DNA of 27,854 nt from Oligoflexales bacterium (GTDB lineage: Bacteria > Bdellovibrionota_B > Oligoflexia > Oligoflexales > Bog-1112): assembly GCA_045105515.1 (NCBI GenBank), contig JBGCDR010000302.1:1-27854 (forward strand), in the 5' to 3' direction. Numbering within the stretch: position 1 is the first letter of the stretch; every line of letters starts with the position of its first letter. The notes under the pieces were generated by a model. It saw nothing but the letters and a program-made list of their open reading frames with translations. It searched no databases and was not told where the DNA came from. The translations under genes were made by a program, and so were the position numbers. Of the stretch, positions 17,901 to 26,056 are shown in pieces.

Positions 17901-18574
17901 GTGAAACCTTGCCACTTTTCTGCCTTTTCAACCTGCTCTTTTAAAGTATCCATCTGTCTATCGATTTCTGCAACAATATCCTCGATCCGAGATAAATTAA
18001 CCTGAGTTTTTTCAAGCTTTTTGCGAGCCTCATTTCTTCGCTGTTTGAAGATACTAATTCCAGCTGCTTCCTCTAATATTTCTCTGATTTGTTCTGGTTT
18101 AGCTTGGAGGATTCGGTCTACCTGACCTTGTTGAATCATTGAGTAGCTACGCCCTCCAAGGCCCGTAGAGGTAAAGAAGCTTATAATATCCTTAAGTCGG
18201 CATTGCTTGCGGTTAATAAAATATTCCCGCTGGCCATCAATATAAAGACGTCTAGTCAGGGTAATTTCTGGCTCATGCCTATACTCTGGAGGGCAAAAAG
18301 GCGAGCCCTCATTGTTGTCAAATACTAAACTTACTTCGGCCATTCCGAGTGGCTTGCGCTTTTCAGAGCCTGCAAAAATAATATCAGTGGCCTTTTCTCC
18401 TCTGAGCATTTTGGCATTTTGCTCACCCATTACCCAGCGTACAGCATCGATGACATTGCTTTTTCCAGATCCGTTCGGACCTACTATACCTGTGATGTGA
18501 GTTTTATCTAGGGTGATGGTGATCTTATCAGCAAATGATTTAAACCCGTTAGATACGATCTTTTTTAAATACAT
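14960..18574 (-). CDS. smc: Chromosome segregation protein SMC
   Basis: GFKSF, Walker A GPNGSGKSN, Q-loop IQQG, long coiled coils, signature FSGGEKA, Walker B LDEVDAPLD and VITH. 1204 aa. Confidence 0.97.
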   Translation of the reverse strand: MYLKKIVSNGFKSFADKITITLDKTHITGIVGPNGSGKSNVIDAVRWVMGEQNAKMLRGEKATDIIFAGSEKRKPLGMAEVSLVFDNNEGSPFCPPEYRHEPEITLTRRLYIDGQREYFINRKQCRLKDIISFFTSTGLGGRSYSMIQQGQVDRILQAKPEQIREILEEAAGISIFKQRRNEARKKLEKTQVNLSRIEDIVAEIDRQMDTLKEQVEKAEKWQGFTQDLRQKELSLFAHNHLHFKHKEQEIRTEIEENTLKEVACVEQISVFEEKYDELKQILSDSDPELNALSEEITVLREKIASSEASLLSVDQLLENGDNQLTAFDSNLLEEQKNVLRSEQELQAVSERLEGAEKELEDIDISLESLNESFELSQEESLVYNNKINELSEELRNLERFLENNKIRRETIEKDFSRSSKIMHEHTEKLLNLEEEYSHAQILVDGMSIKRGHHRKGLEKEADDKNKLELSIKQRGEKLKFEKEKHEKLKIKFLEAKARLNSLKEIDKNSEDILGIIKKIRSENQLEELFTLLTDYIGFSPTFATLPLPVKSSFEKWAEKLIVQDEQQLADISQVLAEKKAGGIGAYILNAETEHNSLTDFAKAFGLTPLSQHLIVDESMANIDSCLNTLYYYDAEEIPANLNSQIPDGITIFTSSGIAFSSKRDIVIGASSEHGALSRKETIEKLRQDVDSLAHKLGLWEEKIAGLENKNNEETDMLASLDKAIFEKNQILLELTSELKTKEIQLLHLKEQIDVSKKEYTNLEEACDQYGSELEELNSSDLALSQEFDQTKLNLEDAHLDADNLKDQTAEVGRQLEQKKIDHASVKSMAHTLKEHYERDQIQVSQLSEKLNKKEEERVILKTKIDESLSRQKELTQDIEDYIYRREELEERLNIKKETNAGLIEELQVIENRLKEARDLSSKAQKSVSEKGLELERVSLGIEGALAQANEKYHVDLREYDFEKIEGFDASSETRKVGSLRSKIESMGLINMMAIDEYKELTDRHDFMSAQKNEVVSSVNLLELAIEEIEEKSQSKFMDTFTTLNKEFSELFPILFPRGEAQITLTDADNPLEAGVEIMVRLPGKNRQNMRLFSGGEKALTAIALIFALLKSKPTPFCFLDEVDAPLDETNVSRYNNVLNALADKFQFIVITHRRRTMEVLDTLYGVTMQEPGVSKVVGVDMSKALPSHLQKSFKEEKRQGASTY

Positions 18575-18605
18575 GCTAACCCAGTATTTTTGACACAGTA
18601 AACAA

Positions 18606-18653
18606 TGCTATCATGATACCATGCTTGAATCTGGAGTAGCATTCATGATAGCA
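18606..18653. repeat. Inverted repeat immediately upstream of smc
   Basis: TGCTATCATGA(18606-18616) pairs with TCATGATAGCA(18643-18653), with inner ATGCT(18621-18625)/AGCAT(18638-18642). Confidence 0.55.
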
Positions 18654-18677
18654 AACAGTTTTGATAAAAATTCCTGT

Positions 18678-20210
18678 CTAAAAATCCCCTATATGCTCAA
18701 AGCCAGTATCTGATGTTAGCTTATATAATTTGACTGTATCTTGAAAAAACGAAGAAACCAAAACATGAACATCCGCGTTATTATCGGTGTCCACTCCAGG
18801 ATCACTCACTGCAAATTGGTAGTAAGACCCATCAGCGGCTTTTGAGCTTTCTAGTACCGCATAAGGCTGATTAAATTTATAGCTAGCAGGGGCATCTGCT
18901 GGGTCGCTATCATCAGACTTTATCGCTTTGATGCTGTAGTGCGGAATATCATTGAAATCTCTACGGGTACGAAAATTATTTACCAATAAGACGTCCTTGC
19001 CACCAACTTTGGTGAAAGCGAAATTTCCTGTATATTCCACGCCTGCTTTTTGCTCGGCTAGACCAAAAACACGGGTGAAATCAAATAAATCTTCTGTTTT
19101 TTGATTTTCCGTAAGTGCATCTGCTTTTAATTTCACATGAACAACGTTATTGCTATGGGGTGAAATATCGCCACTATTGTTGCCTCTATGAGATAAATAG
19201 AAGCTACTGCTGTCGTTAGTATCGGGGATTGCTTCCCAAAAGTTAGCCCTATAATATTTGTGCGTGCTGGTATCTTCTCCGGTGCTTAAGATAGGAGTTT
19301 CTGGATTTCCATCTTTGTCATTAAAAGTAAAATACATCCACCGTAGCTCTTCGTCCTTTATGTCGTTAATTTCCCTAAATTTAGGAGAACCATCTTCCAG
19401 ATTTTCTGGTTTATTCAAGTCTATGGCAACAAAGTGAAAGGCATTTCCCTGTTGGGCAAGACGCTTGCGTACTTTTAATGAGTCTTCAAATACGTCGGGA
19501 ACTTCATTGCTTCCTTCTTCCATTTCCTGAGACTCTTTGTTCCATGTTCGAGAATCTTTTAAGTAACGGTCTTTGTAGTTTGGAACATTCATGTCCGTCA
19601 TGAAGGCAAAAAGGAGGTTTTTGTCCGTATCAAAATGTAAAGCCCTACGTACAAAAGTTGGGAACTTACGAATTTCAGTGAGTTTTGAGTTGCTTAACTC
19701 GGAGTCAAAGGTACCAACAAGGATAGAGCCAGTCTCACATGCGACTGCAAAAAATTGGTAGTCTTTGCGTAGATTTGAGTTAAGAGGACGGCAACTATCA
19801 AAGTTCCATGTTTTTTTGTGAGTCAGCTCTGGAAAGTCGCCAGTGGAAGAGTAAGAAATTTCATATAATTCCACCTTACTTTGCTCGCCTTCACCATCGT
19901 TTTCGTCAAAAGTAAGTAAAAGTCGATTGCCTGCAACTTTAATACTTCTGCCGAGGCGGCTAATCGGAACTGATTTTTTTCTGTTTCCATCTCTACTAAC
20001 GATGAGAATTGAACCCGTCTCATAGACATGGTTAAAGTCAGAGTTGAGGATAAAAAAGTAGCCCATATTATCATCTTCTGCATCACTCACTGCAATATCT
20101 ATCGGGCTAGAAACGTGTTCTTCTATTGGTGGAAGATCCTTCTGTCCCGTACATGAAAAAAAGAAAGATGCGATGAGGGTATTGAGAAAAAGGACTGTGC
20201 TAAACTTCAT
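18678..20210 (-). CDS. Hypothetical lipoprotein, probably beta-propeller-rich
   Basis: MKFSTVLFLNTLIASFFFSC signal peptide II from ATG 20210. SSPIDIAVS and FFILNSDF beta-strand patterns. Function unknown. Confidence 0.65.
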   Translation of the reverse strand: MKFSTVLFLNTLIASFFFSCTGQKDLPPIEEHVSSPIDIAVSDAEDDNMGYFFILNSDFNHVYETGSILIVSRDGNRKKSVPISRLGRSIKVAGNRLLLTFDENDGEGEQSKVELYEISYSSTGDFPELTHKKTWNFDSCRPLNSNLRKDYQFFAVACETGSILVGTFDSELSNSKLTEIRKFPTFVRRALHFDTDKNLLFAFMTDMNVPNYKDRYLKDSRTWNKESQEMEEGSNEVPDVFEDSLKVRKRLAQQGNAFHFVAIDLNKPENLEDGSPKFREINDIKDEELRWMYFTFNDKDGNPETPILSTGEDTSTHKYYRANFWEAIPDTNDSSSFYLSHRGNNSGDISPHSNNVVHVKLKADALTENQKTEDLFDFTRVFGLAEQKAGVEYTGNFAFTKVGGKDVLLVNNFRTRRDFNDIPHYSIKAIKSDDSDPADAPASYKFNQPYAVLESSKAADGSYYQFAVSDPGVDTDNNADVHVLVSSFFQDTVKLYKLTSDTGFEHIGDF

Positions 20211-20477
20211 CTTAATCGCATAATGAATTGTTCTCTTTAGGATCATGCTTGACTGTGCCCTCCTGGAAATATACAGCATCAATATGAGTCCCAAGGATGT
20301 CACGAGTGGAATTGTTCGGCAATTGGTAAATTTTACTTGTGATGGCAGGTGGCACCCTGTATTAAAGGGCTGTTTTTTAGACAGTGAAGACCGGCCCTTG
20401 AATATTGGATGACCATGCTGTGGGTTTGAGCTTTTTAATTAGAGATATTGATATCAGTGATTGAATAAGGAGATAGT

Positions 20478-21017
20478 ATGGCTTCGCTAAATAAATGCTT
20501 CATTATGGGACGATTAGGCCAGGATCCAGAACTTCGCTACACGCAGACCCAGACTCCTGTGGTGACTTTAAATGTAGCAACTTCGGAGTTTAGACCCAGT
20601 AAAGATGGCCAACGCCAAGAACAAACAGAATGGCACCGCATTGTAGTTTGGGGCAAGCAGGCTGAAAACTGCAACAAATACCTTAAAAAGGGTAGGGCTG
20701 TTTTTGTTGAAGGTCGAATCCAGACACGGTCATGGGATGATAAGAGTGGTCAAAAGCGTTATTCAACTGATATTGTTGCGAATAATGTACAGTTTATGCC
20801 TTCTGGTGCCCCTTCTGCTTATGGTAATCATGGCGTTGGAGCCGAGCAAGAGGCACCTCTTAGTGCAGATCCGTTTGCCTCCCCTTCAGGAGGAGGTTAT
20901 GGTGCTCCTCAAGGAGGAGACTCATTCTCTTCACCAAACTTTCCTAAAGCGGACAATTCAGAGAGGGAGTCCTCTTTTGGTCAGTCTACGCCAAGCCTAG
21001 ATGACATACCTTTCTAG
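20478..21017 (+). CDS. ssb: Single-stranded DNA-binding protein
   Basis: [30 protein letters not shown] and [10 protein letters not shown] motifs, Gly/Pro-rich linker, C-terminal DDIPF. SD AAGGAG. Confidence 0.98.
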   Translation: MASLNKCFIMGRLGQDPELRYTQTQTPVVTLNVATSEFRPSKDGQRQEQTEWHRIVVWGKQAENCNKYLKKGRAVFVEGRIQTRSWDDKSGQKRYSTDIVANNVQFMPSGAPSAYGNHGVGAEQEAPLSADPFASPSGGGYGAPQGGDSFSSPNFPKADNSERESSFGQSTPSLDDIPF

Positions 21018-21066
21018 TGCTTATACTGGGCGTCTTGTGAGAATCTTTAAATCTGAGGAGTACTTC

Positions 21067-22341
21067 ATGAGCAATCCAAATAATCCTGAGTTAAAGTCCT
21101 TTGTATCTATATCTGCAGACTCCCACTTTCCTATTCAAAATCTCCCTTATGGGGTGTTCAAGTCTAAGGTTTTTAAAGATGCCCAAGTTGGGGTTGCTAT
21201 CGGTGATCAGGTGCTCAATCTCAGCCTCTTGGAACGAGAAGGGCATATATGTTTGTCTCGTGAAGTCTTTCAGAATGGGACATTGAATGCCCTTATGCAG
21301 CTGGAGCCTTCTGAATGGCAGCTTGCACGGGCTAGAATCAGCGAACTATTACGAGCTGATACCCCCTTAATTCGTGATAATCCCACTTTGCGGCAAAGCT
21401 GTCTGCTTCCTCAGTCTGAAGTAAGTATGCAGTTGCCCGTGGCAATTGGCGACTATACGGACTTCTACTCTTCCCGCGAACATGCCACTAACGTGGGAAG
21501 CATGTTCCGTGATAAAAATAATCCCTTGCTTCCAAACTGGACTCACCTCCCTGTTGGCTATCATGGACGAGCTAGCTCCGTTGTTGTGAGTGGCTCAGAC
21601 TTTCATCGCCCTTGTGGACAAGTAATGCCGCCAGATGCTGGTTCTCCAAAGTTTGCTACTAGCTCTCGTTTAGACTATGAGATGGAAATGGCTTTTTTTA
21701 TAGGAAAAGGCAGCGAGTTAGGGCAGTCAATCCCTGTTAGCGGTGCTGAAGATCATATTTTTGGGCTAGTCTTGATGAATGATTGGAGTGCTAGGGATAT
21801 CCAGAAATGGGAATACCAGCCTTTAGGTCCGTTTGTAAGCAAATCATTCGCTACATCTATTTCTCCTTGGGTGGTTCCTTTGGCGGCGTTAAAGCCATTT
21901 ACTGTAAAAGGGCCTAAGCAAGACCCACAGCCGTTAGATTATCTTAGGCATCCTAGTAATCTAATGCCTCATTACCACATTGAGTTAGAAGTTTATTTAC
22001 AGCCCCAAGAAGCGAAATCTGCTCAGAGGATCAGTCGTGCTAGCACAGAAAACCTTTATTGGAGCATGGCTCAACAAGTAGCGCATCATACGGTGACTGG
22101 CTGTAATGTGAGGCCGGGTGACTTAATGGCTTCTGGTACCGTAAGCGGTAAGACAGAGGATTCTAGAGGGTGTTTACTTGAACTGACTTGGGGTGGGAAA
22201 AATCCTATCAATGTTGGAGAACAGCAGCGAACTTTCTTGCAAGATGGTGACGAAGTCACCATGACCGGCTGGTGTCAAGGAGACGGGTATCGTATTGGCT
22301 TTGGAGAAGTTAGGGGTAAGGTTTTGCCCGCAAAACTTTGA
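21067..22341 (+). CDS. fahA: Fumarylacetoacetase
   Basis: FPIQNLPYGVF, IGDYTDFYSSREHATNVG, LPVGYHGRASS, LDYEME and NDWSARDIQKWEYQPLGPF motifs. ATG 21067 has SD GAGGAG. Confidence 0.96.
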   Translation: MSNPNNPELKSFVSISADSHFPIQNLPYGVFKSKVFKDAQVGVAIGDQVLNLSLLEREGHICLSREVFQNGTLNALMQLEPSEWQLARARISELLRADTPLIRDNPTLRQSCLLPQSEVSMQLPVAIGDYTDFYSSREHATNVGSMFRDKNNPLLPNWTHLPVGYHGRASSVVVSGSDFHRPCGQVMPPDAGSPKFATSSRLDYEMEMAFFIGKGSELGQSIPVSGAEDHIFGLVLMNDWSARDIQKWEYQPLGPFVSKSFATSISPWVVPLAALKPFTVKGPKQDPQPLDYLRHPSNLMPHYHIELEVYLQPQEAKSAQRISRASTENLYWSMAQQVAHHTVTGCNVRPGDLMASGTVSGKTEDSRGCLLELTWGGKNPINVGEQQRTFLQDGDEVTMTGWCQGDGYRIGFGEVRGKVLPAKL

Positions 22342-22361
22342 GAGGCTTGGTTTAGATCTTC

Positions 22362-22391
22362 TTGACGCCTGGGCTACCCTTGCAGTAGACT
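22362..22391 (+). promoter_or_regulatory. Putative sigma70 promoter for the leader-peptide/SBP transcript
   Basis: TTGACG(22362-22367)-N18-TAGACT(22386-22391). Confidence 0.45.
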
Positions 22392-22447
22392 CGTCCGCTG
22401 TAATGACAATTTTAGTGTTAAGAAGTAAAATCCATAGGAAGTCACAT

Positions 22448-22516
22448 ATGTTTTCACATAGCTTGTTAAAATCAGAGTTCTGGTGGACCGGGCATTTCTT
22501 ATACCTCAGTGGGTGA
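22448..22516 (+). CDS. Trp attenuator leader peptide MFSHSLLKSEFWWTGHFLYLSG (TrpL-like)
   Basis: SD AGGA at 22436-22439, ATG 22448, tandem TGG TGG at 22481-22486, TGA 22514-22516, followed by an intrinsic terminator. Confidence 0.8.
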   Translation: MFSHSLLKSEFWWTGHFLYLSG

Positions 22517-22549
22517 GTGGGGAGACATGTGATCCTTGCTTGGATAATC

Positions 22550-22588
22550 AGAAGCCCACTGTTTGTAAGCAGTGGGCTTTTTGTTTTT
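22550..22588 (+). terminator. Intrinsic terminator (attenuator hairpin)
   Basis: AAGCCCACTG(22552-22561) pairs with CAGTGGGCTT(22570-22579), followed by TTTGTTTTT. Lies 5' of the SBP start. Confidence 0.88.
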
Positions 22589-22617
22589 GTGGATGACCTT
22601 TGATGGAGCAGTCAGGA

Positions 22618-23577
22618 ATGAGAATTTTATCGAAGCCACGCACGTTTTTTATCTTGTGCTTTTTTTTCTCTTACAGCTTGTTTGCCCAGGCATATGTGAT
22701 CGGAATATCTCAGATAGCTCCTCATCCATCCTTGGATGAAATTCGCCAGGGTTTAATCAAGGGGCTTAAAGATGCAGGTTTCTCTAAGGATATTAAATTT
22801 AGATATCATAATGCACAGGGGGACTGGGGCACGTCAGCTCAGATTGCAAGGCAATTGGTTGGTGAAGGTGTTGATGTGCTTGTGGGGATTACCACACCAT
22901 CCGCTCAGCACTTGCTTGCTACAAAAAGCAATATCCCGCTTGTTTTTACGGGAGTCAATGATCCTATAGGAGCACGTTTAGTAAAAAATTTGGAAAAACC
23001 AGGAGGAAGAGTCACTGGGGTCATGCTGTATAGCCCAGTGGAAGAGCAGCTCGCTTTAATTAAGCGTATGAAACCTCGGGTTGAAAGGGTGGGTCTCATT
23101 TATAATTCAGGAGAAGATAACTCCATTCATATCATGAAGGATTTTAAAAGCAAGGCGAGCAGCCTGAGTCTTAAGCCTGTTGTTGTTAGCATCAATAACT
23201 CTGCCCAGATTGCTGCAGCTACGCACTCCATGGTCGGAAAGGTCGATGCAATCTATCTTCCTACTGACAATACGGTAATAAGTGCCTTGGGAGCAGTGCT
23301 ACAAGTAGGTAAACAGGCAAATATTCCAGTTTTTTCTGCGGATTTGGAGAGTGTTGAAAAGGGAGCTATTGCAGCCTTAGGTCTTGACCATCACCAGCTT
23401 GGGGTGCTGACAGCAAATATGGTTGCGAAAATATTGAGGGGAGAAAAAGCTCGTGATATTCCCATTGCGATTCCGTCAGAAAACTTACTATACATTAATC
23501 TAAGTCACGCAAGTGATGCTATGGGCTTAAACATTCCTGTTTCCACATTAAAAAAAGCCGCAAAGCTGATCCGATGA
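22618..23577 (+). CDS. ABC transporter substrate-binding protein (ABC_sub_bind/TrpX-like, probably aromatic amino acid)
   Basis: IGISQIAPHPSLD, NAQGD, ITTPSAQ, VFTGVNDP, YNSGEDNS and PTDNTV motifs. Signal peptide. Start is 22603 or 22618. Confidence 0.88.
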   Translation: MRILSKPRTFFILCFFFSYSLFAQAYVIGISQIAPHPSLDEIRQGLIKGLKDAGFSKDIKFRYHNAQGDWGTSAQIARQLVGEGVDVLVGITTPSAQHLLATKSNIPLVFTGVNDPIGARLVKNLEKPGGRVTGVMLYSPVEEQLALIKRMKPRVERVGLIYNSGEDNSIHIMKDFKSKASSLSLKPVVVSINNSAQIAAATHSMVGKVDAIYLPTDNTVISALGAVLQVGKQANIPVFSADLESVEKGAIAALGLDHHQLGVLTANMVAKILRGEKARDIPIAIPSENLLYINLSHASDAMGLNIPVSTLKKAAKLIR

Positions 23578-23630
23578 ACTCAATCAATTTGTGCAAGGGA
23601 ATACGTAAAGGATCCCACGAATTGAGATCA

Positions 23631-23978
23631 TCACTTTTTAAATAGCTCATCGAGGCTGCTAATTTTCTTTTGATCTTGTTCAGACGTACCGGACTCGGTC
23701 TTGAATAAAGACTTAAGTCTATCATGTTGATTTGTACTAGAGTCTCTTTGGGTACTATTTGATTTAGCCGTAAAATAACCACAAAAATTACCGGATTCCT
23801 TCTCTCGAACCCATTCAGCCTGAGGTTCTCTGCATTCGTGGTGTGAACCGGCATCGTAGTATATACAGTTCAAACATACTCGACAATCTCTGTTGCACGA
23901 AGGACATTCATCTCTTCGTCCCAGAGGAGGTTCAAAAGTCCAAGTATGATGGCAAGTATGACAAATAATCGAATTCAG
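23631..23978 (-). CDS. Cys-rich putative zinc-binding hypothetical protein, probable CTG start
   Basis: The frame extends 35 codons upstream of the track's TTG and adds CHTC...CPSC...C, completing three CxxC pairs plus EC...NFC. SD AAGAGGA lies 8 nt before CTG 23978. Confidence 0.75.
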   Translation of the reverse strand: MNSIICHTCHHTWTFEPPLGRRDECPSCNRDCRVCLNCIYYDAGSHHECREPQAEWVREKESGNFCGYFTAKSNSTQRDSSTNQHDRLKSLFKTESGTSEQDQKKISSLDELFKK

Positions 23979-24099
23979 AACTAGATTCCTCTTAAATATA
24001 GTTTTGGGGAACTGGCATCAACATAGCATAGGATGCTTGTAAAGCATATACATCTTGTGGATAATTGGGAGTCTTTTTTCCAACTATAAGGGTATGTTT

Positions 24100-25464
24100 A
24101 TGATTATCGATTCGATTTTATCTGCAGTGGGAAACACCCCGATGCTTCCCTTAAGGCGGGTCGGCAAGAAGTTAAAGTGTAACCTTTATGCTAAATGCGA
24201 ATTTCTCAATCCTGGTGGCTCTGTAAAGGATCGTATTGCGGTCAGGATGATAGAAGAAGCAGAAAAAAGTGGGAGAATAAAAGTAGGAGATACTATCATT
24301 GAGCCCACTTCAGGAAACACCGGCATAGGTATGGCCTTGGCTGGAGCTACTAAAGGCTATAATATTATCATAACCATGCCTGAAAAGATGAGTAAGGAAA
24401 AGCAAGTTGTCCTTGAAGCTTTAGGAGCAAAAATTATTCGAACTCCTACAGAGGCAGCTTGGAACTCTCCAGATAGCCACATTGGTGTAGCTAAAAAACT
24501 TCAAGCGCAACTCCCAAATGCACATATTTTAGACCAGTATGCAAACGCCAATAATCCTTTAGCTCATTACTATGGCACAGCGCAGGAAATTTTAGATGAC
24601 TTAGATGGCAAAGTTGACATGGTGGTTGTTGGTGCCGGGACTGGTGGAACAATCACAGGGATTTCTAAACGTATCAAGGAAGTCCAGCCCAACTGCATTA
24701 TTGTGGGAGCTGATCCCGTTGGTTCCATACTTGCTAAAGATGAAGGCGTTGCTACCTACAAGGTAGAGGGAATTGGATATGATTTTATTCCGGAAGTCCT
24801 TGAGCGTAATGTTGTCGATCGCTGGGTAAAAACTAAAGACCGTCAATCATTCTTGTTGGCTCGGGAGCTAATTCGTGAAGAAGGTCTTTTAGTCGGAGGC
24901 TCTGCTGGAGCAGCACTGTTTGCAGCATTAGCAGAGGCGCCAAGTCTATCTGAAGGTGCAAATTGTGTGGTGATACTCCCAGATGGAGTGCGCAACTATA
25001 TGTCTAAATTTGTAGACGATAAGTGGATGTACGATAATCGCTTTGTCTCTGCTGAGTCTTTAGAAGGAACGGTTGGAGATTTTGCAGGCTGTATGGGTGA
25101 AGCCGAAATAGTTTGCCTAAAAGATGATGACTTTGCCGACAAGGCAATCCGACTTATGCGTGAGAAAGGATACTCACAAATCCCAGTTACCGATCAAAAT
25201 GAATCACTATTGGGTATGCTTTATGAAAAAGATTTGCTGGAGCACATGCTTTCGGGTCATGGACACGACAAGAGTGTGCAAGTTCTGGAAGTGATGTCGC
25301 GAAATGTTCCTACTGTAAGCGGAGAAACTCCCTTGTCAGCCTTACAAGAGTTGCTTATGTCATCTGGATGTGTGGTAGTGATAGATGACGCTAGAAAACC
25401 AAGGCATATCGTTACTAAAATAGACTTGGTAGAATGGTTAGCAAGTAACCAGGGAGATCAGTAG
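24100..25464 (+). CDS. cbs: Cystathionine beta-synthase (PLP domain plus C-terminal CBS pair)
   Basis: KCEFLNPGGSVKDRIA (PLP Lys), EPTSGNTG, GAGTGGT, YKVEGIGYDFIP and LPDGVRNYMSKF motifs. CBS motifs GYSQIPV and IVTKIDLV. Likely start is ATG 24100 or 24094. Confidence 0.9.
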   Translation: MIIDSILSAVGNTPMLPLRRVGKKLKCNLYAKCEFLNPGGSVKDRIAVRMIEEAEKSGRIKVGDTIIEPTSGNTGIGMALAGATKGYNIIITMPEKMSKEKQVVLEALGAKIIRTPTEAAWNSPDSHIGVAKKLQAQLPNAHILDQYANANNPLAHYYGTAQEILDDLDGKVDMVVVGAGTGGTITGISKRIKEVQPNCIIVGADPVGSILAKDEGVATYKVEGIGYDFIPEVLERNVVDRWVKTKDRQSFLLARELIREEGLLVGGSAGAALFAALAEAPSLSEGANCVVILPDGVRNYMSKFVDDKWMYDNRFVSAESLEGTVGDFAGCMGEAEIVCLKDDDFADKAIRLMREKGYSQIPVTDQNESLLGMLYEKDLLEHMLSGHGHDKSVQVLEVMSRNVPTVSGETPLSALQELLMSSGCVVVIDDARKPRHIVTKIDLVEWLASNQGDQ

Positions 25465-25479
25465 CAAAGGAAAAATGCG

Positions 25480-26040
25480 ATGGCAATTAGTACCTCTGAA
25501 ACTAATATAGGTGGTTCACGAGAACGTTTTAGTGACCCCTCTTGGGGAGGGAAACAGCTTCGCAATATCTCCCTCTTTGACTATCTTAACGAGCAAGAGT
25601 TGTTCGAGCTTTATCAACTGGGTAAAATATTTCAATTTGCTGCAAAGTCAAATATGGTTATTGAAGGTGAGCAGACTAGAGGACTCTTCATACTTTTGGA
25701 AGGGAAAGTATCTGTATATAAGACAGATCGAAATAATGGTAATATGATTCGTCTCGCCTATTTAGAAACAGGAGCTGCATTTGGAGAACTTTCTCTTTTC
25801 GATGAAGCTCCTAGATCAGCAACTGTAGTTGCTGAATCTTCATGCTATGTTTTTAGTTTGGATGAGGTCCCCTTCAATCGTTATCTGGATGGAAGAGGTG
25901 ACCAGCTCAAAGCTAGATTTTATAAAAAATGTGCTGAGGAAATGGTTTCGCGTTTTCGTCAGCAGAATAGCGATTACATCATTTCTCAGAAGCTATTGTG
26001 GGCATATGCATTGCGAAAGGATGAAAAACAAAAATTGTAG
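25480..26040 (+). CDS. Cyclic-nucleotide-binding domain protein without a DNA-binding HTH
   Basis: LFILLEGKVSV and GAAFGELSLFDEAPRSATVVA phosphate-binding cassette. Ends shortly after the C-helix. Confidence 0.88.
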   Translation: MAISTSETNIGGSRERFSDPSWGGKQLRNISLFDYLNEQELFELYQLGKIFQFAAKSNMVIEGEQTRGLFILLEGKVSVYKTDRNNGNMIRLAYLETGAAFGELSLFDEAPRSATVVAESSCYVFSLDEVPFNRYLDGRGDQLKARFYKKCAEEMVSRFRQQNSDYIISQKLLWAYALRKDEKQKL

Positions 26041-26056
26041 GTTAAATAGGGGGAAG

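Noticed and set aside
15168..18500. Plus-strand ORFs of 62-124 aa inside smc, and similar short ORFs overlapping plsB, rsgA, rodZ, ctpA, ssb, fahA and cbs
   Set aside because: These are antisense or alternate-frame shadows of well-supported genes, often Ser/Leu/Phe-rich, with no motifs.
14960..18574. SMC as part of a Wadjet/MksBEF-type defence system
   Set aside because: It has canonical housekeeping Smc head motifs and length, with no jetA/B/D or mksE/F-like neighbours.
20350..20378. TGGCAC as a sigma54 -24 box, or a terminator-like hairpin upstream of ssb
   Set aside because: No TTGC at -12. The stem (CCCT/AGGG) is short and no plus-strand gene ends before it.
22295..22516. 73-aa ORF from the track
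   Set aside because: It overlaps the fahA 3' end and the putative promoter. Only the last 22 codons, from ATG 22448 with its own SD, look functional as a leader peptide.
23585..23624. Hairpin between the convergent SBP and Cys-rich genes as a bidirectional terminator
   Set aside because: The 9-bp stem has a G-U pair, a large loop and no U-tract, which is too weak to call.
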